The notes beneath the pieces are model-generated. The model saw nothing but the letters and a program-made list of their open reading frames with translations, was not told the origin of the DNA and did not search any database. Both the position numbers and the translations under genes were made by a program. Shown here piece after piece: positions 44,933 to 54,640 of a stretch of DNA of 64,000 nucleotides (position 1 is its first letter; every line of letters begins with the position of its first letter). This DNA comes from Nitrospinota bacterium (GTDB lineage Bacteria; Nitrospinota_A; UBA7883; JACRLM01), in contig JACRLM010000031.1 of NCBI GenBank assembly GCA_016235255.1, forward strand, positions 43,763 through 107,762, read 5' to 3'.

Positions 44933-46924
44933 ATGAGCGCTAAATTCAGGATAGTCTCGGACTTCAAGCCGGCGGGGGACCAGCCGGACGCCATCGCAAA
45001 ACTCGTGGAGGGAGTCGAGTCCGGTTTGAAGCACCAGACGTTGCTGGGGGTCACAGGCTCGGGCAAGACTTTCACCATCGCCCACGTCATCGAAAAAACC
45101 CAGAAACCTGCGCTGGTGATCGCCCATAACAAGACCCTGGCCGCCCAGTTATATTCGGAGTTCAAGTCGTTTTTCCCGGAGAACGCGGTCGAATATTTCG
45201 TCTCCTATTACGACTACTACCAGCCGGAGGCGTATCTGCCCAAGACAGGCACATACATCGAGAAAGACTCCTCCATCAACGAGGAGATAGACAAGATGCG
45301 CCACTCCGCCACCATGTCGCTTCTGGAGCGGCGGGACGTGATCATAGTGGCCTCCGTTTCGTGCATATACGGTCTGGGTTCGCCGGAAGCATATAACGCC
45401 ATGCGGATCCGGATCGAGCGGGGCAAGAAGATGGAGCGGGACGCGCTTCTGGAAAAACTTGTGGAGATACAGTACGAGCGAAACGACATCGACTTTAAAC
45501 GCGGCACGTTCCGCGCCACCGGGGACGTGGTGGAGATACTCCCCATATACGAAAGCGACACGGCGATACGCGTGGAGTTCTTCGGCGACGAGATAGACTC
45601 CATAAGTCGGGTGGACTCCCTCACCGGCAGGGTGGCCGCCAGGCTTGACGGGGTGAACATCTATCCAGGCTCGCATTACGTCACCCCCGCCGAGGTGATG
45701 GAAAAGGCCATGGGCAGGATCCGCTCCGAACTTCTGGAGGTGGTCCCGCAATTCACCGTCAACGGCAAACTTATCGAGGCGCAGCGGATAGAGGAGCGCA
45801 CCATGGCCGACATCGAGATGATAAAGGCCATCGGCTACTGCAACGGGATAGAGAATTACTCGCGCTACCTGACCGGCCGCAAGCCGGGGGATCCGCCCCC
45901 CACCCTTCTGGACTATCTGCCCAAGGACGCGCTATTGGTGATAGACGAATGCCATCAGACAATCCCGCAGATCGGCGCCATGCTAAAGGGGGACAGGTCC
46001 AGGAAGAGATCGCTGGTGGAATACGGGTTCCGCCTTCCTTCCGCCTATGACAACAGGCCCCTTTCCTTTGAGGAGTTCGAGGCGCTTGTGCCGCAGGCGA
46101 TATACGTTTCCGCCACACCGGCGGCCTACGAGCTGGAAAAGTCTTGCGGTGTGGTTGTTGAGCAGGTGGCGCGTCCCACCGGGCTTTGCGATCCTCAGAT
46201 CATCGTGCGCCCCGTGGCGGGGCAGGTGGACGACCTGCTCGACGAGATAAGGAAACGGGTGGAGCGCAACGAGCGGGTGCTTATCACGGCGATGACCAAG
46301 AAGCAGGCCGAAGACCTCGCCGATTACTATCAGGGGCTGGAGGTGCGGGCCCGCTACCTGCATTCGGACATCCAGACCCTGGAGCGCATGGCGATCATCC
46401 AGGACTTGCGGATGGGGGAGTTTGACGCGCTCATCGGCATCAACCTTCTGCGCGAGGGGCTGGACATCCCGGAAGTGAGCCTGGTGGCCATCCTCAACGC
46501 GGACATGGAGGGGTTCCTGCGGTCGGAAACGTCTCTGATCCAGACCTCCGGGCGCGCCGCGCGTAACGTGGAGGGGACGGTGATAATGTACGCCGACAAG
46601 ATGACCGGCTCGATGAAGCGGGCAATCGGCGAGACAGACAGGCGCAGGAGCATCCAGCGGGCCTACAACGAAAAGCACGGCATCACCCCCCAGAGCGTGA
46701 AGAAAAAGATCGGCGAGGCGCTCGCCTCCGTGTACGAGCAGGATTATGTGACCGTGCCCAAGGAAAGCGAGGAAGCGCTCGACTATCTGCCGGAGGCGCA
46801 GATCGAAAGGCTGATCCGCGAATACGACGCGAAGATGAAAAAAGCGGCGCGGGACCTTGACTTTGAGACCGCCGCCATGTACCGCGACAGGATAAGGAAG
46901 CTTAAGAAGATGGAGATGAAATGA
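44933..46924 (+). CDS. uvrB: Excinuclease ABC subunit B
   Basis: [37 protein letters not shown] and the C-terminal UVR domain ([12 protein letters not shown]). Confidence 0.95.
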   Translation: MSAKFRIVSDFKPAGDQPDAIAKLVEGVESGLKHQTLLGVTGSGKTFTIAHVIEKTQKPALVIAHNKTLAAQLYSEFKSFFPENAVEYFVSYYDYYQPEAYLPKTGTYIEKDSSINEEIDKMRHSATMSLLERRDVIIVASVSCIYGLGSPEAYNAMRIRIERGKKMERDALLEKLVEIQYERNDIDFKRGTFRATGDVVEILPIYESDTAIRVEFFGDEIDSISRVDSLTGRVAARLDGVNIYPGSHYVTPAEVMEKAMGRIRSELLEVVPQFTVNGKLIEAQRIEERTMADIEMIKAIGYCNGIENYSRYLTGRKPGDPPPTLLDYLPKDALLVIDECHQTIPQIGAMLKGDRSRKRSLVEYGFRLPSAYDNRPLSFEEFEALVPQAIYVSATPAAYELEKSCGVVVEQVARPTGLCDPQIIVRPVAGQVDDLLDEIRKRVERNERVLITAMTKKQAEDLADYYQGLEVRARYLHSDIQTLERMAIIQDLRMGEFDALIGINLLREGLDIPEVSLVAILNADMEGFLRSETSLIQTSGRAARNVEGTVIMYADKMTGSMKRAIGETDRRRSIQRAYNEKHGITPQSVKKKIGEALASVYEQDYVTVPKESEEALDYLPEAQIERLIREYDAKMKKAARDLDFETAAMYRDRIRKLKKMEMK

Positions 46925-46956
46925 GCCCATGCCGGTAAAATCGGGCTAAAATATTT

Positions 46957-47316
46957 ATGGCGAATACCATGCCGGAGGAAACCATGTTTGAAAAGAGCGT
47001 CACCACCAACATCAATATCAACGGCAAGGTTTACCGGAGCCTTGACGAGGTCCCGGAGGAGCTGCGCGCCCTGCTTGGGGACAACATCCACAAGGCCATG
47101 GAAAATCCGGGCCAGACAATCACTGCCAAGAGCGGGTTGGAGGTTCCGTTGGACCAACTGCCCAAAGAAACCCGGGACAAAATCGCTTCCATGTTGCCGG
47201 GCAAGGCGCAAAACTCCTCAAGCGGCGTCAGCTTCACGATAAAGGGGGGGCGCAAGGCAGACGAGGGATCACAACCGGCATTTTTGGCCTTGACTTGCCG
47301 CTCCAACCGTTCTTAA
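46957..47316 (+). CDS. Hypothetical protein (119 aa)
   Basis: ORF with reasonable codon bias and no recognisable domain. Confidence 0.3.
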   Translation: MANTMPEETMFEKSVTTNININGKVYRSLDEVPEELRALLGDNIHKAMENPGQTITAKSGLEVPLDQLPKETRDKIASMLPGKAQNSSSGVSFTIKGGRKADEGSQPAFLALTCRSNRS

Positions 47317-47345
47317 ACTGAGAACTTAAATTCAACCGGAATAAA

Positions 47346-48110
47346 ATGAATAACACCTTACGCAACGCGGCCCTCATTCTCGCTGCGGCCTTCACAATGG
47401 CCGGAACATCTTCCTGCGCTTCCATGACCGATTCTCTGATCTGGAAAACGGAGGACGCGGACAAGCCGATGCCCGGCAAACCGGCGCAGGCCAAACAGGA
47501 AAAGGCGGCGGAGATAACGCCTGTGGGCCTGGAGGAGACGCGGATAAATCCAATTAGCCCCGAGGAGACGGCGCGCACGGCCCTTTCGCGCCCGAAAGTG
47601 GTGAAGGTGGAAGAGGCCGGCCTCGGCAACGGAGCCAACAAACGGTACTTCGAGGTGGTGGACGAAAAGGCGCAGACTCCCTCCGGAGCCGCCGTGGACG
47701 AGGGGGCAAAGCCCACCCGGGTGGTCACATACGACAACAACTCGGTGCTAAAAGAGTACAACCTGAAATTCGGCGTGGCCTGGAACAGGATTGTGGACAC
47801 CGTTGTGGACCTTCCGTTGACAACGCTGGACAGGTCGTCCGGGATGATATTGACCGGCTGGATATATGACGAGCGCAAGGACAAGGACGCGCTCATCTCC
47901 ATCAACCCCTTCGGGGGAGATGCGGTGATCCGCTATCGCTATAACGTGCGCATCGCCGACAAGGGGGCATCGGTACAGATAAAGGTGGTCCCGTTCACGG
48001 AGGTCTTCAAGGGGACCAGGTGGGAAGAGGCCAAGCCAAACATCGTCGTCACCGACAGGCTGTTTAAAAGGCTCGAACGGGAGCTGGCGATCCCGCTGGC
48101 GTCGGAGTGA
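47346..48110 (+). CDS. Hypothetical lipoprotein (254 aa)
   Basis: Signal peptide with lipobox-like MAGTSSC. The mature part is a beta-rich soluble domain with no family assignable by eye. Confidence 0.45.
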   Translation: MNNTLRNAALILAAAFTMAGTSSCASMTDSLIWKTEDADKPMPGKPAQAKQEKAAEITPVGLEETRINPISPEETARTALSRPKVVKVEEAGLGNGANKRYFEVVDEKAQTPSGAAVDEGAKPTRVVTYDNNSVLKEYNLKFGVAWNRIVDTVVDLPLTTLDRSSGMILTGWIYDERKDKDALISINPFGGDAVIRYRYNVRIADKGASVQIKVVPFTEVFKGTRWEEAKPNIVVTDRLFKRLERELAIPLASE

Positions 48111-48128
48111 TTCCGGTAAAACTCCTGA

Positions 48129-48782
48129 TCAGGAAAGATTGAGCGAGGGGAGGACCGCCTCCACCGCCGCGATCAGGCTTCCTATCCTTTCGCTCTTGGT
48201 CTTGTAGGAGGCCCTGTTCACCACAAGGCGCGCCGTGGCCTCCATGATAAGCTCCACCTGCGTAAGCCCGTTCTTGCGCAGGGTCTCGCCCGTGGAGACA
48301 AGGTCGACTATCCTTTCGGAAAGACCGACCAGCGGGGCCAGCTCGATGGAGCCGTACAGCTTTATTATCTCTATCTGCACTCCCCGCCCGGCGAAATGGG
48401 CCTCCGTGATGTTGGGGAATTTCGTCGCTATCCTGATGTGGGTCCAGTCGCCGGGGTTGTCCCGCTCCGAAAGCTCCTTGGGCTCGGCAACCATCATCCG
48501 GCAGTAGCCGTATTTGAGGTCGAGCGGCTCATACAGGTCCCGCCCCTGCTCGGCCAGCACGTCCGCCCCGGACACGCCGATATCGGCGGAGCCGTTTTCG
48601 ACGTACGTCGGGATGTCCGTGTCCCGCACGACAATTGCCCTGGAGCCGGCCCCGGGCGCTTCGAATATCAGTTTGCGGTTGTCGGTGAGCGCTCCGGAAA
48701 AATCTAGCCCCACCGCCTTGAAAAGCGCCACGGATGGCTTTAAGTTGCGCCCTTTGGGCAACGCTATCGTCAAATATTCCAT
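48129..48782 (-). CDS. hisG: ATP phosphoribosyltransferase (short form)
   Basis: LTIALPKGR, IVVRDTDIPTYVENGSADIGVSG.D and PLDLKYGYCRMMVA. Confidence 0.9.
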   Translation of the reverse strand: MEYLTIALPKGRNLKPSVALFKAVGLDFSGALTDNRKLIFEAPGAGSRAIVVRDTDIPTYVENGSADIGVSGADVLAEQGRDLYEPLDLKYGYCRMMVAEPKELSERDNPGDWTHIRIATKFPNITEAHFAGRGVQIEIIKLYGSIELAPLVGLSERIVDLVSTGETLRKNGLTQVELIMEATARLVVNRASYKTKSERIGSLIAAVEAVLPSLNLS

Positions 48783-48800
48783 TTCATGTTTCCATTTTCT

Positions 48801-50612
48801 TCAGCCGCCGTCCGCCGCGCCGAGGGCCGCGATTTTTTCCTTTGCCTGCGCCATGAGGCTGCCGCCATGTCTGGACAGCCTTATGGTCTCCATATAATAG
48901 AAAGCCGCCGTCTTTTTGTCTCCAGAAATCTCATGCGCCCGGGCAAGGGCGAAGGCGCGCACCGGCCTTGGATCCATGTCCAACCCTTTCTTGATCAGGG
49001 GAGCCGCTTTCACCGCATCGCCTTTCATAAGGTACGCAAGGCCCATGTTGTGGTATGCGTCGGCCGATCCCGGCTCGATTTGCAGCGCTTTCATGTTTTG
49101 CGCTATGGCCTCGTCCGGCTGGTTTGCGGCAAGCGCCACCGAACCCAATAACGAAGCGAACCTGGACTGCGCGGGGAATTTCTCGGCGCCAGCTTGCGCC
49201 GCGGCTTTGGCGCCGGCAAGGTCGTTTAAGGCAAGGTACCCCTTCGCCAGATAGAACTCCTCCGCCCCGGATGGAGGGGACGGGGCGACGGACTTTGACG
49301 CGGCGAACAACGCCAGCGCCACTGCGCATACCGACGCCATCCGCGCATAGTCGCGGCCTTTGAGCCATTCGGCCGCCTGTTTCACAAAAATCCCCGCGCC
49401 AATGGCAAGAAATGGGACCGCTTCCATCCTCATCCGCGACGAAGCGTAAAAGATCACTATGGAGCATGCTATCGCCAGCGGCGGCCCTATGGCGTAGACC
49501 ACGCGCCTGTCCCGCCAGAATCCTGCGGCAAGGCCGGGAATCCCCAGGGCCAGCAGGAACGCGAATGTGGGAAGAGGAAGCCTTAACACCCACGAAAACT
49601 CCGCCGCCTGGTAAAACGAATGGATGTCGGGTATCTCGTAATCGCCCCCAGCCGCCTTGAGTTTGTTGGCCGCAAGCCGCAATATGACCGATGGGGTGGA
49701 GGCGAGAAAGCTTAGCGTCTCATTCGTCCAATAGTCCGACACCTGGCGCTGCGTAAGTTTCTTGCCCAGCCGTTTCTCCGCCTCGGCGTGGAAATCTGTC
49801 TCGGAGTCCTCCGGATTCGGGCGGGAAAACGGAGGGGTGTTGTATCGCCCGGTGAGGTTGTCCGGATTGTTGCATGAATAAAGGAGCCTCCCCCCCTGCG
49901 TCGGCAGCATGGCAAACTCACCTGCGGCGGCGAAGTTCCTTGCCGCTCCGGCCATGAGAGGCGCCATTACTCCGGCGGCGAACATCACGCAGGCGCCAAC
50001 GAAGGCGCCCATCCTGGGGCGGCGGGCAATCCAATACATGGCCGGAACCATCGTCATGAGAAGAGCCGTGTTCGCCCGAAGCTCCACGGCCAATCCGCCC
50101 AACAGCCCGAGCAATAACCATCGTTTCAGGCTTGCGTTTTCCGATGCGCGGACAAGGAGGTGCACGAACAACAGCAACGCCGTCATGGTCAGCGTGGTCT
50201 TGAGGATCGTCAGAGAATAAAAGAACGACACTTTATAAAAAGCGTATATCAGCCCCGCCGCAAGCCCCGCCGTTTTGCCGGCCAAACGCGCCCCGATCAA
50301 ATAAACGAGGGCCGCGCTCACCGAGTCCAGGACGATTTGCGCGGCGCGCACAAACAAAAGATCGTCACCGGCGGCTGCGAGCAGCGCGCCAAGAAAATAA
50401 CCGTACAGCGGATCCATGAAAAAAGCCCGCCCCTCGCCCATGAGAAATCCGGAGGCGATCCCCCTGCCAAGACCTGCGTAATACGCTTCATCGAGAATGG
50501 GTGTGTGGAGCAATGGATTTTGCAGGCTGGCCAGAAGGTGGAGGAACCTGGCCGCAAGCGCCACGGCGAAAACGATCCAGACCTCCCTGCGCCCCCAGGC
50601 CGCATCATCCAT
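48801..50612 (-). CDS. Membrane glycosyltransferase of the GT39/GT83 (PMT/ArnT-like) family with C-terminal TPR repeats
   Basis: The N-terminal ~420 aa have ~11 TM helices, with DEAYYAGLGRGIASG... and the loop-1 acidic motif typical of GT-C enzymes. The C-terminal ~180 aa carry TPR-like repeats (AYHNMGLAYLMKGD..). Confidence 0.6.
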   Translation of the reverse strand: MDDAAWGRREVWIVFAVALAARFLHLLASLQNPLLHTPILDEAYYAGLGRGIASGFLMGEGRAFFMDPLYGYFLGALLAAAGDDLLFVRAAQIVLDSVSAALVYLIGARLAGKTAGLAAGLIYAFYKVSFFYSLTILKTTLTMTALLLFVHLLVRASENASLKRWLLLGLLGGLAVELRANTALLMTMVPAMYWIARRPRMGAFVGACVMFAAGVMAPLMAGAARNFAAAGEFAMLPTQGGRLLYSCNNPDNLTGRYNTPPFSRPNPEDSETDFHAEAEKRLGKKLTQRQVSDYWTNETLSFLASTPSVILRLAANKLKAAGGDYEIPDIHSFYQAAEFSWVLRLPLPTFAFLLALGIPGLAAGFWRDRRVVYAIGPPLAIACSIVIFYASSRMRMEAVPFLAIGAGIFVKQAAEWLKGRDYARMASVCAVALALFAASKSVAPSPPSGAEEFYLAKGYLALNDLAGAKAAAQAGAEKFPAQSRFASLLGSVALAANQPDEAIAQNMKALQIEPGSADAYHNMGLAYLMKGDAVKAAPLIKKGLDMDPRPVRAFALARAHEISGDKKTAAFYYMETIRLSRHGGSLMAQAKEKIAALGAADGG

Positions 50613-50624
50613 CGCCGGGCACCT

Positions 50625-51548
50625 TTACCTTTTTCCCCGTGAAAAAGCCTTTTTCACGGACCAGTCTATATTCTTCCTATCCACGCAATACCGCGCCACC
50701 CATTCGGAAAAGCTGGCGATATGGCAGTGCCGGGTGACTATCCCGGATTCCGAACAATTGTAAAACTCGGCCGGGGGCTGGTCCCGCTTGAGGTTGACGA
50801 AAGCCCACTCCATCCACTGTTTGGACACCGAAAAACTTTTGCGTGTGCGCACCGGGCGGCCGAAAATGTCCCGCTCCTCCACCACGGCGTCCACGCTGGA
50901 GGCCAGGGCGTCCTGGGCGGAGATGTCTTCATAAATCGTGTCCCCGGCGTAGGCCGCCCCGCCGTGAGGGAACGAAAGGTCCTGCCCGATAAAGGCGATA
51001 CGCGGGCAGCCGAGCCTGAAGGCCAAGTCCAGCCCCACGGTGAGGACCGATCCGCCGGGTATTAAATAGCCAAGCCTCTGGTTCATCCGTGCGATTTCCG
51101 TGAGTACAGGGATGTCCGGGGCGAACTTGTTGTAGAAGACCGTCTCCCCTTTCCACGCCTCTATCGTGGCGGGATGGGCTATGGAGGGGACCACAAGAAT
51201 TTTTTTTGCGGTGGAAGCGCCGGCGAAGAACCTGGCCACGTCGGGCTGGGGATCGAGGGTCACGGTGAACGTGGGCGCTATCCCCTCGTCCGCCAATGAC
51301 TTGAAAATCGTGTCCACGGCGATTATCACCGCCTTTCCCTGCGCGGCGTGGAGCCACATCCTGTTCTTGTCCAGCGACGGGCCCGCCCCCACGATCACCG
51401 CCGGAACGTCCGTGAACCTTCCGAACAGCGGCGCAACGCCGGGTGATGATGCGATCTTAGGCTTTAGCGCTTCATGGTTGGCAAGCCATAGGGCGCCGAA
51501 ATTGGCGATGGTGGCGGTCTTTACCTCGTATATCCTTTGCAGGTCCAT
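50625..51548 (-). CDS. Maf-like / DUF115 (6-hydroxymethylpterin diphosphokinase MptE-like) protein, putative flagellin glycan transferase
   Basis: PAVIVGAGPSLDKN...VIIAVDTIFKSL...TVTLDP...GGSVLTVGLDLAFRLGCPRIAFIGQDLSF follows the MptE-like/Maf core (G-x-G-P-S-L). Confidence 0.45.
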   Translation of the reverse strand: MDLQRIYEVKTATIANFGALWLANHEALKPKIASSPGVAPLFGRFTDVPAVIVGAGPSLDKNRMWLHAAQGKAVIIAVDTIFKSLADEGIAPTFTVTLDPQPDVARFFAGASTAKKILVVPSIAHPATIEAWKGETVFYNKFAPDIPVLTEIARMNQRLGYLIPGGSVLTVGLDLAFRLGCPRIAFIGQDLSFPHGGAAYAGDTIYEDISAQDALASSVDAVVEERDIFGRPVRTRKSFSVSKQWMEWAFVNLKRDQPPAEFYNCSESGIVTRHCHIASFSEWVARYCVDRKNIDWSVKKAFSRGKR

Positions 51549-51556
51549 TCGCGCCG

Positions 51557-52951
51557 CTAGCTTGCCACGACGCGGTTGCGCCCCTGCTTCTTGGCATCGT
51601 ACAGCCGCTTGTCCGCCCGCTGGATGAGGCTCTCGGGCGTGTCCCCCTCCGCAAACTCCGCCACTCCAAGGGACACATTCACGCTTATCGTCTTGTCCCC
51701 GCCTTTGAAAACGAACTCGTGGGAGCCGACCGCCGCCCGGAGCGACTCCGCCACCTTGGCCCCTTGTTCGCTCGATGTCTTGTACACTATCACGGCGAAT
51801 TCCTCCCCGCCGTAGCGCGCCACTGTGTCCGCCGCCCGTACAGTGTCCTTGGATATGTCCGCCACCGTGCGCAGCACCTTGTCCCCCACCTGGTGGCCGT
51901 AAGCGTCGTTGAATTTCTTGAAATGGTCCACGTCGTACATTATCAGGCAGAAGGGCTCTTTGTAACGCTGGTAATTTGTTACCGTCTCCTTTAGCTTCTC
52001 GTCGAAATATCCCCGGTTGTACAACTGGGTCAGGTGGTCGACGATCTTCTCCTGCCGGGCCATTTCAAGGGCGTTCTCCAGCTTTGCTATCTTCTCGGCG
52101 GACTCTTTTAGCTTGCGTTCCGACTCCACAAGCCGCTCCCGCACCGCGCCGTTTTCTTTCTGTATGGTCAAAGTCTCGGTGAGAATGGCGCGCTGGATCT
52201 GCTTTATCTCGTCCAGGTTCGTGGTGACAGCGATCTTCCTGGAGTACGTGTCCAACTTGTTGCCGAAGGTTTCGCTGGATACGGAGAGCGTCTGGATGTG
52301 GCTTGTGAGGTTGCTGATTATCCGCTTGAGCTCTTCGCGCTCATTTTCAAGGGCGTGGGACTCGTTGCTCTTGTTGATATAGAAGTTGTACAGGGAGGCG
52401 CTCATGGAGTCCACCTCCGGCTGTTTAAGTTCGGCGAACCGCTTGTCCCGCTTGAACTTCAACGGCGTGTAGAACGGCTCCTCCTCGTCGGCCAATATGA
52501 GCGTCCCTTTGGCGAAGCTGTCCAGAAGGGAGACATATGGGCCGAGAAGCTCCCGCGATGTGTCCACAATCTCCATCCGCGTGTCGTATTCCTTTGCGGC
52601 GGCCGCTTCCACTTTCTGCTCGGCCTCCTCCTTGCCTCCGAACAGCGATCCTATGGCGGAGAACAGACCTCCTCCCCCCCCCCCTTTGGCCGCGCCCCAC
52701 CGGTCCTTCATCCAGGAGTCCACGTACTTCACCAGCGTCATGTAATCGCGATGAAGCTGTTGCACCTGGAAAAGGTTGTCCGCCCCCTTGATGCGCTGGG
52801 CCAGCGCGTCCATCGCTTTTTCAAGCTCTGGATTCCCCTTCACCAGCCCTTTGATATGGGTGAGTATGGCGGTTGCAAGGGTCTTGTACGACTCGATGAC
52901 TTCGGAAAGCCGCTCTGCCTTGTCCCTGTATTTCTGGATTACTTCGCTCAT
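51557..52951 (-). CDS. GGDEF-domain diguanylate cyclase with N-terminal coiled-coil sensor region
   Basis: LTQLYNRGYFDEKL...LIMYDVDHFKKFNDAYGHQVGDKVL...RYGGEEFAVIV is the GG(D/E)EF A-site, with an RxxD I-site upstream. Confidence 0.8.
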   Translation of the reverse strand: MSEVIQKYRDKAERLSEVIESYKTLATAILTHIKGLVKGNPELEKAMDALAQRIKGADNLFQVQQLHRDYMTLVKYVDSWMKDRWGAAKGGGGGGLFSAIGSLFGGKEEAEQKVEAAAAKEYDTRMEIVDTSRELLGPYVSLLDSFAKGTLILADEEEPFYTPLKFKRDKRFAELKQPEVDSMSASLYNFYINKSNESHALENEREELKRIISNLTSHIQTLSVSSETFGNKLDTYSRKIAVTTNLDEIKQIQRAILTETLTIQKENGAVRERLVESERKLKESAEKIAKLENALEMARQEKIVDHLTQLYNRGYFDEKLKETVTNYQRYKEPFCLIMYDVDHFKKFNDAYGHQVGDKVLRTVADISKDTVRAADTVARYGGEEFAVIVYKTSSEQGAKVAESLRAAVGSHEFVFKGGDKTISVNVSLGVAEFAEGDTPESLIQRADKRLYDAKKQGRNRVVAS

Positions 52952-53053
52952 CGGCTCAGGATAACCTTCTTACATTAAAATCGCGGCGGCATGATCCGCC
53001 TTGCGGTAAAGTCTATCCCTATCCGGCAGACGGCGCAACGTTATCGGCGCGCT

Positions 53054-54640
53054 TCATCCGGTCAACACCCTGCCGCCGCGCTGCCGGGTCAGCTTGCCGG
53101 ACTTCATCGCAATGGCGCCATTGACGATAACAGTGTCCACCCCTACGGAGTAATGGAGCGGGTCGGCGTAGGTTGATCTGTCCCCGATGGTGTCCGGGTC
53201 GAACACCACGATGTCGGCGAAATGCCCTTCGCGCAGCCTGCCACGGCCCGACAGACCGAAAAAATCGCAGGCGGCGGTGGAGGTCTTTTTCACCGCCTCG
53301 GGGATGGTGAACATCTTTTTCTCCCGCACGAATTCCTTGAAGAATTTCGGGAACGATCCGAACGTGCGCGGATGTGGCCTGCCCAGGGCCAAAGGCCCGT
53401 CCACCGCCCTTGCGCCAGAGTCCGATCCTATCACCACCCACGGTTTGCGGAGTATTCGGGAAAGGTTGTCCTCGCTCATGCAGAAGTAAATCGCCTCGAC
53501 ATCGGTCTTCTCCTCCGCCAGAAGGTCGAACACGAAATTGAAGACGTCCTTGCCCCGCGCCGCCGCTCCCTGGGCCACGGTGAGCCCTTCCATGCCGCGG
53601 TTTGCGTCCGTCACCACCTGGGACACCATCACCGTCTCCCAGTATTCCGGTTCCGGATGGTTTTTCAAAATCTCCGCCTTGAAAGCGTCTCGCTCGCGCC
53701 TGTCCTTTAACATCGCCACCAGGTTGTCCTTGCCGCCGTCAAACGCCCTGTCCGGCAGAATCACCTGCAATCCGGTGTTGGATGCGAGGTATGGATACCT
53801 GTCCGCCATTATCTCCACCCCGCCGTCCATGGCGCCTTCCAGTATTTCAAAGGCCCGGGGAAGCTTTCCCCAATTTTCCTTCCCGGCGGTCTTTAAATGG
53901 CTCACCTGCAATTTCGCCCCGGAGCCTTTTGCCACCGCCGCCACTTCTTCCAGCGATTCAAGCAGCCTGGGCCCTTCGGATCTTATGTGCGAGGTGAACA
54001 CTTTCCCACGCTCCGCCACCGGACGAAACGCTTCGATGAACTCGTCCGTTTCCGCGAAACAGGCCGGCGGGTACACAACGCCGACGGACATGCCTATTGC
54101 GCCGTGGTCAAGGGCGCCTGCCACCGTCTCCTGTATTTTTTTCATTTCGCGCTCCCCCGGCTTGCTGGAATTCATCCCCAGCACCGAACCGCGCACCGTG
54201 TTGTATCCTATCAGCGCAGCGAAGTTCACCGCCGGTTTCGCGTCCTCAAGCGCGCCGAGATATTCGTCCATCCGCGTCCAGTCAACATTGATGGAGAACT
54301 GTTCCTTGTAATCCCTGGCCCTGCGCGCGGCCACCTCGCCGCTCATGGGGGCCGCCGAATATCCGCAGTTGCCGCCAACCTCGGTGGTCACCCCCTGGGT
54401 CACTTTCGATCCGGCCCTTGGATCGATGATCAGGTAATAGTCCGAATGGGAATGGGCGTCCACAAACCCCGGCGCCACAACGCGCCCGGCCGCGTCCACC
54501 AGCGCATCGGCGTTGTCCGCCGGAATTGATGGGGCAATAGCGACGATCTTGTCTCTTGACACGGCTATGTCCGCCTTGCTCATGGTGGGCGAATCACCGT
54601 CTGCCACAAGGCCGTTTTTGATCACTATGTCGTACTTCAT
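53054..54640 (-). CDS. N-acyl-D-amino-acid deacylase (D-aminoacylase) family amidohydrolase
   Basis: MKYDIVIKNGLVADG...APGFVDAHSHSDY is the amidohydrolase HxH. The product is ~528 aa. Confidence 0.8.
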   Translation of the reverse strand: MKYDIVIKNGLVADGDSPTMSKADIAVSRDKIVAIAPSIPADNADALVDAAGRVVAPGFVDAHSHSDYYLIIDPRAGSKVTQGVTTEVGGNCGYSAAPMSGEVAARRARDYKEQFSINVDWTRMDEYLGALEDAKPAVNFAALIGYNTVRGSVLGMNSSKPGEREMKKIQETVAGALDHGAIGMSVGVVYPPACFAETDEFIEAFRPVAERGKVFTSHIRSEGPRLLESLEEVAAVAKGSGAKLQVSHLKTAGKENWGKLPRAFEILEGAMDGGVEIMADRYPYLASNTGLQVILPDRAFDGGKDNLVAMLKDRRERDAFKAEILKNHPEPEYWETVMVSQVVTDANRGMEGLTVAQGAAARGKDVFNFVFDLLAEEKTDVEAIYFCMSEDNLSRILRKPWVVIGSDSGARAVDGPLALGRPHPRTFGSFPKFFKEFVREKKMFTIPEAVKKTSTAACDFFGLSGRGRLREGHFADIVVFDPDTIGDRSTYADPLHYSVGVDTVIVNGAIAMKSGKLTRQRGGRVLTG

